Notes: generated by a model not told the origin, from the letters alone. Counted from the first letter of the stretch, positions 20,583 to 30,998 are shown. The stretch is DNA of 64,000 nucleotides from Candidatus Sulfomarinibacteraceae bacterium (GCA_963796455.1 CAWCLO010000004.1:96001-160000); one strand, 5' to 3'. Made by a program: numbers and translations.

Positions 20583-21197
20583 TCAGGGGGTCAGCGGACG
20601 CATGCGGACGAATTGTTCCATCGAATAGACTTCGACGCCGTCTCGAACGATCCGCATGGAGACCGGGGCCCCGGCAAGATCGCTGGCAAAGAAAAACTCG
20701 TTGACCACACCCGGTTCATCCCCTGCGACCGTGTAAAGCCACCCCTCGTGAACACCGAGATCAGTGTCTCGCGTGACCCATTCTCGTGACGAAGTGGCTG
20801 CCGGAAAGCTTGCATGGTCGCGGAGTTCCGTCCAATCGGCGCGCTGTACGCTCTTTTCTCCAACAACTTCCTGGTTTTCATCGAGGGTGGAGTACTCGAT
20901 TTCAACACCCGTTTCATCTGCCTGAACGACAGTCCAGAGTTTGACCGTCGAACCGTCGGTATGGGTTTCCCGGACCATGAGGCGAAGGCCAACCACCATC
21001 TCCGCGCGGATCTGTTCTGCGGTGAACGGTCGCCTCAGGATGGTCGAATCCTCCGGGTCGAGTTCGTAGACGGTGGCAGAGGTTTTTCCCGCCGTCGTTT
21101 CCCTGGTTTCCGAATCGACATCCTGGTTCGCAGGGTTGCCACAGGCGCCGCACATCGTGATGGCCACGGCGAGAGTGATCAGAGCTCTTTTCGGCAT
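20583..21197 (-). CDS. Hypothetical lipoprotein
   Basis: AGGAGG RBS; MPKR, hydrophobic stretch and lipobox-like CGAC. Confidence 0.7.
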   Translation of the reverse strand: MPKRALITLAVAITMCGACGNPANQDVDSETRETTAGKTSATVYELDPEDSTILRRPFTAEQIRAEMVVGLRLMVRETHTDGSTVKLWTVVQADETGVEIEYSTLDENQEVVGEKSVQRADWTELRDHASFPAATSSREWVTRDTDLGVHEGWLYTVAGDEPGVVNEFFFASDLAGAPVSMRIVRDGVEVYSMEQFVRMRPLTP

Positions 21198-21469
21198 TCT
21201 GTCCTCCTTGGACACGGCGCGTGGAAGTGTAACGTCCGACCCTCGAAGTGACAAATCTCGAAACCCGGCTCGGGAAGAGGCCGAGCCCTCGATGAGTTCG
21301 CGGTTCGTAAGGTCCTTCTCGGTTGCCGGCCGAGGACCGGCTCAAGGCATCGCCCCGGTCGGGAATCAACCTGAGGCCCGGCTGTTTTTATAAGACACGG
21401 ATTGATGTGTAACCTGGCGGGTCTGACAGCGTATTGATACTTAAGATCAAGAAAACGAAGGAGACGATC

Positions 21470-22249
21470 ATGGCAAACGCAACAGACAACGGCAGTTTTG
21501 TCTGGTACGACCTGATGACGGGCGAGCCGGATGCCGCGGAAGGGTTTTATAAAGAGTTGATCGGGTGGGGAACCCAGCCCTTCGAAGGCGGTGACAAGCC
21601 CTACACGATGTGGACGAACGCCGAGAAACCACTCGGCGGGGTGATGGAGCTGCACGACGAGGCCCGGGAAGCCGGTGCGCCGCCGCACTGGATCGCCTAC
21701 ATTTCGGTGGATGACGTGGATGTTATGGTCGCCCGCACGACAGAACTCGGCGGCGAGGTGCTTCATCCGGCGACGCAGGTCCCGAACGCGGGGAGTTTTG
21801 CCGTGCTGGCCGATCCCCAGGGAGCGGTCTTTGCGATCTACCAGGGAGCCGGTTCGAGCTCGAGCCCCGCGGCGGCTCCAGGAGTGGGTGATTTTTCCTG
21901 GCATGAATTGGTCACCTCTGATTACAAGGGGGCCCTGCAGTTTTATTCGGAGCTCTTTGGCTGGAAGGCCGATGAGGCGATGGATATGGGAGATGCCGGA
22001 ATTTACCAGATCTATGGTCACGGCGGCGCGCCCCTTGGAGGTATGTTCAACAAACCGGCTGAGATGCCCGGGCCTCCGATGTGGCTCTATTACATCTCGG
22101 TCAAGGATGTGAAGGATTCAGTCGAGAAGGTGAAGGCTCTCGGCGGCCAGGTCGTCAACGGACCGATGGAGGTCCCCGGTGGCGACTTGATCGCACAGTG
22201 TTTTGACCCCCAGGGGGCCTTCTTCGCGCTCCACTCGAAAGCGAGTTGA
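21470..22249 (+). CDS. VOC/glyoxalase family protein (two-domain, Cfp30B-like)
   Basis: Duplicated FVWYDL / FSWHEL, FYKELIGW / FYSELFGW and DPQGA motifs. Confidence 0.92.
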   Translation: MANATDNGSFVWYDLMTGEPDAAEGFYKELIGWGTQPFEGGDKPYTMWTNAEKPLGGVMELHDEAREAGAPPHWIAYISVDDVDVMVARTTELGGEVLHPATQVPNAGSFAVLADPQGAVFAIYQGAGSSSSPAAAPGVGDFSWHELVTSDYKGALQFYSELFGWKADEAMDMGDAGIYQIYGHGGAPLGGMFNKPAEMPGPPMWLYYISVKDVKDSVEKVKALGGQVVNGPMEVPGGDLIAQCFDPQGAFFALHSKAS

Positions 22250-22320
22250 AGACACGCTTCGGATCGGTGCATCGAGCCCATACGGGATGATGTCGTGCGA
22301 CAATTGCGGCGGGAGATTCA

Positions 22321-24246
22321 ATGAAAAAAGTGTTCTGTCTGTTACTCGCACCGTTGCTCGTCGGTATGGTGTGTTGGGCCGATGGCGCTCCGGTGGCGGT
22401 TCGCGTCGAGGTGCAACCGGTAGCCGCCGCCGAGACCGGAACCCGGGTCGAGGTGATGATCCAGGTTTCACCCGAGGACCGGGGACGGCTCGGCCGGAAC
22501 GCGATGGTTCGTATCGAGCTCGATGGTGGCGTTCCACCCGGGCAGAGCCCTTTGTGGGCGGTCAGGATCGAGGATGACGGGAGTGCTGTGGTTAAAACCG
22601 TGTGGCCCCCCGGCGAACACGTTCTGACCGTTTCGATTGAGAGCTCGAACCGGCTCCATACCGGTCTATGGGTGGGTCAGGTTCGGGTTCCCGATTATGG
22701 ATCCGCCGGCGTTCAATCTGTTGTTCAGCCGAAACCACCGGAACAACCGGATCCACAACCTGCACCGGAACCGCCGGAATTGGAATCCGAGAGTCCGCAA
22801 TCAGAAACAGCCGCAACCGCTGCCGTAGTGGCGGCCGAGGTTGTGGATCAGACCGGGGACATCGAAGGTCGGGATGAGCCCGTGGATATGACGATCGAGG
22901 TAGAACGGCCGGAGGTGGAGTCGGCGCCGAGCGAGGATGCCGAACCGCTGCAACCGCCGGCTGCCGGGCTGCCGGCTGCGGCAGCGGTTGTTGCCGCTTC
23001 ACCGTCCGTTGAAACCGAAAACCAGGAGCGGCCTCCTGCCGAAGCAGCGACAGCCCCTGTGATCGATGAAGCGGTTGCAGACGAACCCATTGAAGAAACG
23101 CAGCCACCGGAAGTTGCCACTGTGGTGGCCGCAGGCACTGCCGCCGCTCTGTCCGCCTCGTCGGATCGGGAGGAGCCGACGGAATCGCAGCCTGATACAG
23201 CGCCGGTAGTCGAGCCGAAAGAGAGCCTACCGGCGTTGGAAGGAAGTGTGGAGCCGGTCGCTGCGGCTGCCGTGGCTGCTGTACCGCCCGACGACAGTGT
23301 GGTTGAAGAAAAAATGCCGGTGGTCGAAGCCGATTCCGAATCCATTGCGGAGCCAGTGTCGGCAAAGGCTGAGGATCTGGTGGTTCAACCGCTGCGAGGG
23401 GAAGAGGCTGTCGCCGAGATCGCGGAGCCTGAGCCTGAAGCCGTGGTGTTGTCGCCGGATCGAGTATCAGCCTATGGGAGTTGGATGGAGGCCGATGACG
23501 CGACCAAGGACCTGACGATTGTCGTGACCAGGAATCGGGAACCGGTTTCGGGTCTCGAACCAGAGGACCTGCGGTTACGGCTCGACAAGGTCGATGTGCC
23601 GATCGCCCGGCTCGGCGATCGAAATCACGCCCCGTTGTTGCTTGGTTTTGCGGTTGATATGTCGCCGGCGGTCGCCGGGTCGTGGAGCCAGACGGGGCGC
23701 GGGCTCGATCCGCTCCTCAGCCGGGCCGGCGGTGGTCGAGGCAGGTTCTTCGTCGCGACAACCGGCGAATCCTCCGACTGGGATGCCGATCCTGATCGGT
23801 TGACCGATGCGCTGAGCGTTCCGATGGGCGGAAATCTCGGCCGACTGATCGCCTCATCGCTGGCTCGTTTTGAAGGCCAACAAGGGCGGTCCTTCCTCCT
23901 CGTGGTCACCGACGGGCGATCTGAAGTGTCCAAAGAAGACTGGCAGGCGGCGACGGATGCTGTAGAGGGGACCGGAGTGCCACTGCTCGTGATCGCCCTG
24001 TGGGACGATCTGTTCAGCAAAAAGGTCCGCAAGCAGCTCTCGCAGCTTGCAGATGAAAGTGGTGGTCGGTTGTTCCTTGCCCAGGGAGCGGATCAGTTGG
24101 CTGCAGCGGTCGAGCGTTACGGCCCGTTGCTCGATGCGGGTGTGGCCCTGAGATATCTTCCCCCGGGAGGTGATCGGGCGCACAACGTATCAATCTCCGC
24201 AACCGACTCCGGAGTGCAGATCTCGGCTCCCAGGAGTACGCGCTGA
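22321..24246 (+). CDS. Exported protein with long Glu/Pro/Ala-rich linker and C-terminal VWA-like domain
   Basis: Signal peptide, low-complexity middle, VWA-like FAVDMS, LLVVTDG and LADESGG. Confidence 0.72.
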   Translation: MKKVFCLLLAPLLVGMVCWADGAPVAVRVEVQPVAAAETGTRVEVMIQVSPEDRGRLGRNAMVRIELDGGVPPGQSPLWAVRIEDDGSAVVKTVWPPGEHVLTVSIESSNRLHTGLWVGQVRVPDYGSAGVQSVVQPKPPEQPDPQPAPEPPELESESPQSETAATAAVVAAEVVDQTGDIEGRDEPVDMTIEVERPEVESAPSEDAEPLQPPAAGLPAAAAVVAASPSVETENQERPPAEAATAPVIDEAVADEPIEETQPPEVATVVAAGTAAALSASSDREEPTESQPDTAPVVEPKESLPALEGSVEPVAAAAVAAVPPDDSVVEEKMPVVEADSESIAEPVSAKAEDLVVQPLRGEEAVAEIAEPEPEAVVLSPDRVSAYGSWMEADDATKDLTIVVTRNREPVSGLEPEDLRLRLDKVDVPIARLGDRNHAPLLLGFAVDMSPAVAGSWSQTGRGLDPLLSRAGGGRGRFFVATTGESSDWDADPDRLTDALSVPMGGNLGRLIASSLARFEGQQGRSFLLVVTDGRSEVSKEDWQAATDAVEGTGVPLLVIALWDDLFSKKVRKQLSQLADESGGRLFLAQGADQLAAAVERYGPLLDAGVALRYLPPGGDRAHNVSISATDSGVQISAPRSTR

Positions 24247-25056
24247 CTAGATAATTCGTTCGTGGAGCGCTCTCGAAACCGCCTCGAGGCGGTTGGCCGC
24301 ACCAAGAGTTCGCAGAATTCCCTGGATGTGGGTCCGCACGGTGTGAACGCTGATGCAGAGCTCCTCGGCGATATCCCGCGACCTCTTGCCCTCCGCCATC
24401 AGCAGCAGGACCTCGAGCTGACGACGAGTGAGGTGGGGTTGTTTTCGCGTGCCACGCTGGTCGGCGCCGCTCGGAGCGTTGGTGCCGGGAACGGTCACCC
24501 CGGGGATATTGGTCTGGGCAAGGAGGCGGTCGATCGCTTCGTCGGCCCGCCGGCGGCGGTGCATGGGAGTCATGAGATAGACCAACGTGTAGTCGCTCGA
24601 GCGGGGACCCAGGACGACCACAATTGAAACTGCGATTCGCAACATCTTTCCGGTAGCCGTGATGATGGCGAGTTCAAAACTCTGGGGAGCCTCGCCGATG
24701 CGAATCATGTCGTGGAATGCCCCGTGTTTTGCGGAAAGGCGATTGCCGTGAACATCCCGGGCTTGGATCACTTGCTGCAGATTGCGTCCGATGACATCCT
24801 CCGCAGAAAATCCGAAGAGTTCGACCGCAGCGGCATTCCATTGCACGATCGTATTGTCGGGATCCGCGGCAACAGCCGCCCGGGAGGCGTTTTCAACGAT
24901 GGTCGGCACGTTCGGAAAGGCAACCGGAACTTCGGCCGGCGCCCGCCGTCGTCGCGAACTCGGGGAGATTTCGTGGACGTTGTCAGGCAGGGCCTGAGTT
25001 CCTTTCGTGCTCCCTGGAGCGCCTTTTTTTTGCCTCGGTTTCTTGGGCACCGTCAT
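24247..25056 (-). CDS. PAS + LuxR HTH transcriptional regulator
   Basis: PAS motif WNAAAVELFGFSAEDVIG; LuxR motif LTRRQLEVL...IAEELCISVHTVRTH. Confidence 0.92.
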   Translation of the reverse strand: MTVPKKPRQKKGAPGSTKGTQALPDNVHEISPSSRRRRAPAEVPVAFPNVPTIVENASRAAVAADPDNTIVQWNAAAVELFGFSAEDVIGRNLQQVIQARDVHGNRLSAKHGAFHDMIRIGEAPQSFELAIITATGKMLRIAVSIVVVLGPRSSDYTLVYLMTPMHRRRRADEAIDRLLAQTNIPGVTVPGTNAPSGADQRGTRKQPHLTRRQLEVLLLMAEGKRSRDIAEELCISVHTVRTHIQGILRTLGAANRLEAVSRALHERII

Positions 25057-25213
25057 ATCTCCGTCAGTGACTTCTCTCGAGTCTCAGCCTCTTTTTGCCC
25101 TCCAAGGCAATCTACCTGTGTATATTTTATCATCCGTATTGGGTGTTCAGCCCGTCAAAGAGGTTCGAAACGCTCTTTCAGCATTGTCGCGCTGTCCGAC
25201 GAAGGGATGAGCT

Positions 25214-26584
25214 TTGAGTGAATCAACGAAATCTGCAGCTGGGAATGCGACCGATCCAGGCGTGGGTTCATCGCTGCCGATTCCGGCAATCGTGGCGTCG
25301 CTGGTGTCCATCGCGGTGATCGTTGGAGGGTTTTACGGCTACCGGTCCGTTGCCGGCGATGAAGCCAAAAACCACCTCGTCATCGCCACCGGGCCGGAGA
25401 CCGGAACCTACCACGCTCTCGGTCTTGCTCTGGCGCGGGTCCTCGAGGCCGAACAGATCGTCGTCTCCACCGAGATCAAGACCACCGGCGGCAGCGTGGC
25501 CAATATGGACCTCATCGGGGGTGCCGGGGAAGGATCCGATCTCGCTTTTGTTCAGGGCGACACTCCGGCCAACAGCCGGGTTCAGCTCCTGACTCCGCTG
25601 TATGACGAAGTGCTTCACATCCTCGTCCGCAAGGAAATTGCTGCAGAGATCGATGACATTACCGGTCTGAACGGGCTGCGCCTCTCCCTGGGCAACAGTG
25701 GATCCGGAACCCGACAACTCTCGGAAAGGGTGCTCGGTCATTTTGGAGTAAAGCCCGGTGTCGATCTCGAAATGACTCCAGCCGAGGCGGCGGAGGCCCT
25801 CCTCGACGGTTCGATCGACGGGCTTTTCGTATTGAATGCGATTCCGTCGCGAATGATTGACGAGCTCACCGCGGTGGATGCGGTTCGCTTCGTCTCGTTC
25901 GGCAATGCCCAGGAACAGGGCAATGAGGCCGATGGCATTTCGATGGTCTTTCCGAGCATTCGTGCGACCACGATTCCGCGCGCAACCTACCACCTCCTGC
26001 CGCAGGCGCCGGTGAGCACCATTGCGGTTTCGGCCCTTTTGGTGGCGGATCGGGATCTCGATCCGCTCCTCGTCCGCAAGATCACCGAAGCGGTGTTCGA
26101 AAACCGATCCGGCAGCGGCGGCCTCGAGGGACAGGAACTGGTGGTGGCGCGGAGGATTCGTGAGGATTTCCGCCCATCGTCCTTTGCGATTCCCTACCAC
26201 GACGGGGCGGTGAGTTATTACCGTCGCGAAGATCCTGCCTTTTTTGTGGAATACGCCGAGGCTATCAGTCTCGGTCTGACCCTGTTGGTGGGTTTGTACT
26301 CCGGTTATATCGCGCTTCGCGAGTGGATGCGCCGGCGGATGAAAAACCGGATTGACGCCTACCTCCTGGAGATCGAGCACGAGTCCTCCAACCTCCGGGA
26401 ACTGTCTTTGGAAGAGCTTGTACAGCACCGGGACGCGCTCGATGGAATCCGTCACCGGGCCTTTTCCGATCTGGTCAACGAACGGCTCTACGCTGATGAA
26501 TCATTCTCTATTTTCCAGAACCATCTCCGGGACGAGTTTGCAGCCATCGAGGCGCGAATCGCGGAGAAGGAGCGGCTGGTCTGA
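25214..26584 (+). CDS. TAXI family TRAP solute-binding protein with C-terminal TM and helical extension
   Basis: IATGPETGTY, TGGSVAN, LAFVQ, GSGTRQ, IPYHDGA. Confidence 0.88.
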   Translation: MSESTKSAAGNATDPGVGSSLPIPAIVASLVSIAVIVGGFYGYRSVAGDEAKNHLVIATGPETGTYHALGLALARVLEAEQIVVSTEIKTTGGSVANMDLIGGAGEGSDLAFVQGDTPANSRVQLLTPLYDEVLHILVRKEIAAEIDDITGLNGLRLSLGNSGSGTRQLSERVLGHFGVKPGVDLEMTPAEAAEALLDGSIDGLFVLNAIPSRMIDELTAVDAVRFVSFGNAQEQGNEADGISMVFPSIRATTIPRATYHLLPQAPVSTIAVSALLVADRDLDPLLVRKITEAVFENRSGSGGLEGQELVVARRIREDFRPSSFAIPYHDGAVSYYRREDPAFFVEYAEAISLGLTLLVGLYSGYIALREWMRRRMKNRIDAYLLEIEHESSNLRELSLEELVQHRDALDGIRHRAFSDLVNERLYADESFSIFQNHLRDEFAAIEARIAEKERLV

Positions 26585-26593
26585 GCCCGGACC

Positions 26594-27493
26594 ATGAATA
26601 AGGCAACATCATTGTTTTTCTTGCGGGTTCTTGCTGTTGTGGTGCTTGCCGCCGGATGTGCAGCAGATGACCCGGCTGGCCCATCCCCGGATCTCGAAAA
26701 AGCCCAGTATGAGTTGCTCAGGGTCATCGACGTGGCCGGACGGCAGGGGATTGCAACCGATGGCGTCCACTATTTTGTCAGCGGGAGCACGGCCCTCTAC
26801 GTCTATTCCAAGGACGGCGAATTGTTGAAGTCCAATGAGGAGCCCTTTGCCGACCTCGAAAAACCTGCCAACCACATCGGCGATATCAGCGTGCACGATG
26901 GCAAGCTCTTTACCGGAATCGAGTGGTTCGAAGACGGGCGTGGGCATGATATCCAGATTGCGATCTACGACAGCGAGACTCTGAGCTATGAACATTCGGT
27001 TCTTTGGGACCCTGAATCGGGTCAGGTGGAAGTGAGTGGTTTGGCGGTCGATGTGGAGAATGGCTTGTTGTGGATGACCGATTGGGTCGACGGAAGATAC
27101 CTCTATCGCTACGAAATCTCGAGTGGGGCCTATGTTGGTAAGCTGCATCTGCGCCCAGTACCACAGTGGCAGCAGGGGATTGCCGCCTATCGAGGCTCGC
27201 TCTACATCACTGCCGACGACGGAGATGCGGAAGACGGTGAGTCGGACAATCTCTGGAAAGTCCGCGCCGATCCCCTTGCGTCAGCCGCCTACCTGACCCA
27301 CGAAAAAACATTCGACGATTTTCGCGACGTCGGCGAGATCGAAGGCATTGCGTTTGACCGAGCGGCCGGCGAGATGCTGGTGTTGGCGAACCGAGGCAAA
27401 CGGATCGTGCTCGGGATGCCGAAGGGTCTGTATCCCGGCTACGAGCGGGAGATCCACGAGGTGTACGTCTACAGGCTGCCGCAAGAACGCTGA
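26594..27493 (+). CDS. Hypothetical lipoprotein, probable beta-propeller
   Basis: Lipobox LAAGC; repeated QGIA / EGIA blade-like motifs. Confidence 0.75.
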   Translation: MNKATSLFFLRVLAVVVLAAGCAADDPAGPSPDLEKAQYELLRVIDVAGRQGIATDGVHYFVSGSTALYVYSKDGELLKSNEEPFADLEKPANHIGDISVHDGKLFTGIEWFEDGRGHDIQIAIYDSETLSYEHSVLWDPESGQVEVSGLAVDVENGLLWMTDWVDGRYLYRYEISSGAYVGKLHLRPVPQWQQGIAAYRGSLYITADDGDAEDGESDNLWKVRADPLASAAYLTHEKTFDDFRDVGEIEGIAFDRAAGEMLVLANRGKRIVLGMPKGLYPGYEREIHEVYVYRLPQER

Positions 27494-27547
27494 CCCAGCC
27501 CGGATGCCGGATTTGGCAGGGCATGGCCTGTAGGGAGAAAGCGGAGA

Positions 27548-28562
27548 AACCGCAGATCACGCAGATAAACGCAGATAGGCCATCGCAGTCGCTCTCGTGG
27601 CAAGCACGATTGCCCACAGACCACACAGAAAAACACGGAATGAACCGCAAAGAGCGCTACGAACGCAACGTCGTAGAGACGCTAAGGCGCGGTTACCTCC
27701 TGCCTGCGCCTGAGCCCGAGACCGTGCCCGAATTGCAGCGCAATCACAGGATTCAGGGGCAGGGCCAGTGTCCAGCGACAGCGACAGGCAACAGCGAACA
27801 GGGACAGCGACAGGCAACAGCGGTCAGCGATCAGTAGTCAGCGATCGGCGGCAGCGGTCGGGAGTCCAGTCGGCGAAATGGCCACCTCCGGGTCGTTCCA
27901 AGGAAGGGGTAGCCGGTGGGCGGCCGATGTCAACGGCAAGCCCGGCCCGGTCATCCGCGTCTATCTGCGTTATCTGCGGTCTGCAGTGTGCGCGGCTGGG
28001 TGGATCCAGAATCCAGCATCCAGTATCGAGTATCACGGCTGTCCAAAACAAATCGTCATGTGAGGTTGCGCACATGAAAACACGACGTTTGCGGGTCGGT
28101 TTTTGGAAAATTCCGTTCACGGTTGCCCGTGTGCTTGCCCGAATTGCGGCGGCAGCGACAGTGTCCAGGGGCAGCGACAGGGATCAGCGATCAGGGGCAG
28201 CAATCAGGTGCAGTGACGGCGTGATCACCTCCGGGTCGTGCAACAGAAGGAACAGCCGCTGTGGTGTCGGCGTCTCGCCTGCCCACCGTGCGGCCGAGAC
28301 GGCCGCACCACCAAGGCCGGATCCCCGAAGAAATGAGTGCGGTTTACTGTCCCGGCCGCTGATCGCTGACGCTGACGACTGAACACTGCCGCTGGCGACT
28401 GGTCGCTGCCGCTGCCCCTGATCGCTGTCCGATACTTCCCCGCCTGGGCTGGGTGATCCAGCCAGCGGGACACAACTCTGAAGGTGGGCCAATGCCCACC
28501 TTCAGGGCCGTTCCTGAACGCTATCCGGGACTCTGTCTTGGACAAGAGTGATCGAGTATCGA
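27548..28562. repeat. Cluster of composite repeats (type B core, GCTGTCCAAAAC module, type A core)
   Basis: Cores at 27883-27896 and 28226-28239 (minus strand); GCTGTCCAAAAC at 28038; GCCCGAATTGC arms near 27725 and 28137; REP-like hairpins about 28261-28312. Confidence 0.85.
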
Positions 28563-28567
28563 CCGAG

Positions 28568-29284
28568 TTACGGCACGCGGAGGACCAACTCGCCCCGGCC
28601 GTCCCGGAGTATCACCCGATCGGTCTCGATCGTCTCGACGACGAATCCTTCGACCTCGGAGCCTACATAGACGTCCCTACCGTTGATTTCGGCAAAGGGG
28701 TTTGTGGAGCGAACCACGATGTATCCCAGGCTCAGTTTGGCGTAGCCGAGATCGGCATCGAGCACAAAGACCCTTTGGCCCGCTTCGTTCACCCTGGGTG
28801 CGGGACGTTCGGCCGGCGTCTGTGGTTGAGCTGCCTCCGGTTCGGGGACATCGCCCGCCGGCGAACCACCCGGATTGTCACCGCCCCCATCGACGGCTAC
28901 CGCAGGGTTGGGAGGCGACGCTTCCACCTCGGAATCGGCCCGGCTGGAGAGCCCTTCCTCGGGCATGGCACTTGAGTCTCTGAGTCCCTGGTCCTCGGGC
29001 CCGGCAACTCCGGGCGCAACCTGAGTGGTGGAGGGCTCGGCCACAGCAATCTCCTGGACCGGGTTGTCCGGCGTGGGGTTGCGGCCGAGAATCCACCACG
29101 CTCCAACCGCACCGGCACCGGCGGCGGCGATCGAAAGCAGGACCAGACCAAAGGCTCCAGATCGTTTTCGAGGGCCGCGGGAGGGGTAGGCGACGGGCGT
29201 ACGGAACGCGGTGTCTGTTTCCCGCTCCTCGTGCTCAGCAGCCGCCTGACGGGCCTTGCGCAAGGCGTCGTTGATCAGGCTCAC
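28568..29284 (-). CDS. GspB-like type II secretion accessory protein
   Basis: MSLINDALRKA start, TM helix, Pro-rich linker, AEINGR...GSEVEGFVVETI. GTGA overlap with the upstream ATPase stop. Confidence 0.75.
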   Translation of the reverse strand: MSLINDALRKARQAAAEHEERETDTAFRTPVAYPSRGPRKRSGAFGLVLLSIAAAGAGAVGAWWILGRNPTPDNPVQEIAVAEPSTTQVAPGVAGPEDQGLRDSSAMPEEGLSSRADSEVEASPPNPAVAVDGGGDNPGGSPAGDVPEPEAAQPQTPAERPAPRVNEAGQRVFVLDADLGYAKLSLGYIVVRSTNPFAEINGRDVYVGSEVEGFVVETIETDRVILRDGRGELVLRVP

Positions 29285-30093
29285 CAGCCCTGCCCTTCGA
29301 GATCGCGGACGGCGCGTCGCACCTGCCACCAGCCGAGGTGATCCCGGTTCTGGACAAAGCCGCAGAGCAGGGTCTTGTCGCACACGGCGTTGATGAGCCG
29401 CGGTACGCCACGCGCATAGCCGTGAATGGCGAAATAGGCGGGCCGGCTGAAAGAGGGTCGTCCGTTCGATCCGGAAATCAACAGCCGGTGCTGAATATAG
29501 GCAACGGTTTCCTGACGGCTGATGCGTCCGAGGTGGTAGCGGACAGTGATTCGTTGCCGTAGCTGACGGAGTTCCTTGCGGTCGAGGCGGTCTCTCAGCT
29601 CGGGTTGCCCGATGAGCACGATCTGGAGCAGCTTGTGCTGGTCGGTCTCGAGATTGGACAGGAGGCGCACCTGCTCGAGCAAATCGTCGGACATATCCTG
29701 TGCTTCATCGATGAAGAGAACGACTGCATTCCCTTCGTGGGCCTGTTCGAGCAGGAAATCGTTGAGGCGATCGACGAGCCGGATGCGATCGTTGCCGCTG
29801 TCGTCGAGGCCGAGCTCGCGGAGGACTGATCGCATCAATTGAATTGGGGTCATGACCGGGTTGAGGATCAAGGCCGTCGAGTAGCCGTCGCGGAGCTCTT
29901 CGAGCACCTTGCGGCATAGAGTGCTCTTACCGGCCCCGACCTCACCCGTGATCTGGATGAAGCCCTTGCGTTCGCTGACGCCAAAGAGGATGTGTTCGAA
30001 AGCCTGCCGGTGGCGACGGCTGAAGAACAGGTACCGGGGATCCGGTGTGATATTGAACGGCGGGGCCTTGAGGCCGTAATAATCCTGATACAT
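29281..30093 (-). CDS. ExeA/GspA family AAA ATPase
   Basis: MYQDYYGLKAPPFNITPDP, GEVGAGKS, FIDEAQ, GQPEL, LRQRI, GVPRLIN. True start at 30093 rather than 30702. Confidence 0.92.
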   Translation of the reverse strand: MYQDYYGLKAPPFNITPDPRYLFFSRRHRQAFEHILFGVSERKGFIQITGEVGAGKSTLCRKVLEELRDGYSTALILNPVMTPIQLMRSVLRELGLDDSGNDRIRLVDRLNDFLLEQAHEGNAVVLFIDEAQDMSDDLLEQVRLLSNLETDQHKLLQIVLIGQPELRDRLDRKELRQLRQRITVRYHLGRISRQETVAYIQHRLLISGSNGRPSFSRPAYFAIHGYARGVPRLINAVCDKTLLCGFVQNRDHLGWWQVRRAVRDLEGQGW

Positions 30094-30155
30094 CGTGTTG
30101 AATGGCCATCCGACCAATCGAGCCGGGGTTGGCGATTGATTGTACCCGCTCTCGG

Positions 30156-30866
30156 CTATTGGGTAGCCGTCTCCGCCCGCAAACCTTGAACGTTGGCATA
30201 TGTGAAGACGGCGCAGAGGATCAATATCCACCACTGACCGCCCTGCAGGGCCCAGAGGCCGAAGAACACGGTCAGAACGATCGACAAGACCCTCGCGGCG
30301 ATGCGACCGCGGCGACCGGCAACCATCTCCGCCACCGCGGACGCGATGTGGCCGCCATCCATCGGCAGGATGGGGAGCAGATTGAGCACGCCCCATCCGA
30401 GGTTGACCCAAACCGCCATATCGAGGACACGGATCATGGCCGGAGGGGCGCCGTTGAGGACGCCGAGCCATCCCATGGCGAGGATCGAAACGCCGATCAC
30501 GATCCCTACCGCCGGCCCTGCGGCGCTGATCAGAATCTGTTGTCGGGATGTCAGGGGGCGCGGCCGGCTCCAACCCGTCAACCCGCCAAAGGCGATGAGC
30601 TGGATCCACGGTTCGAGACCCATGCGCCGGCCGGCAAATGCGTGGCCGAGTTCGTGGGCGAGGACACCGGTGAAGACCATCACGACCCACACGATCATCC
30701 ACTGTGGTTCCTGCCGGCCGCCGATGAGCCAGGCAGTGACAAAGAAGAACGGCTCGATCCGCAGCGGGAAGCCGAAGATCTGCAATCCGCGAGAACGCTC
30801 GCGTTGCGGCGGGTAGCCGTTGTTCTGAATTCCTGGCTCGTGCAGACCGTGGTTGTTGGAGTCCAT
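30156..30866 (-). CDS. Site-2 protease / M50 family metallopeptidase
   Basis: HELGH, AGP and NLLPILPMDGG motifs; multiple TM helices. Confidence 0.92.
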   Translation of the reverse strand: MDSNNHGLHEPGIQNNGYPPQRERSRGLQIFGFPLRIEPFFFVTAWLIGGRQEPQWMIVWVVMVFTGVLAHELGHAFAGRRMGLEPWIQLIAFGGLTGWSRPRPLTSRQQILISAAGPAVGIVIGVSILAMGWLGVLNGAPPAMIRVLDMAVWVNLGWGVLNLLPILPMDGGHIASAVAEMVAGRRGRIAARVLSIVLTVFFGLWALQGGQWWILILCAVFTYANVQGLRAETATQ

Positions 30867-30998
30867 AGGTGGTCAGTATTGCACGGCACCTTTCTCCGAG
30901 ACAGAGTCTCGGACAGCTTTCAGGGACATCGACAGGGAACGGAAGACGGCGTCAGCGAACAGGAGTCAGGGGCAGCGGTCAGCGGCAGCGTCAGTGTC

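Noticed and set aside
29281..30702. 473-aa ExeA with a long N-terminal extension
   Set aside because: The extension overlaps the M50 protease gene in another frame. The family-typical start MYQDYYGL is at 30093.
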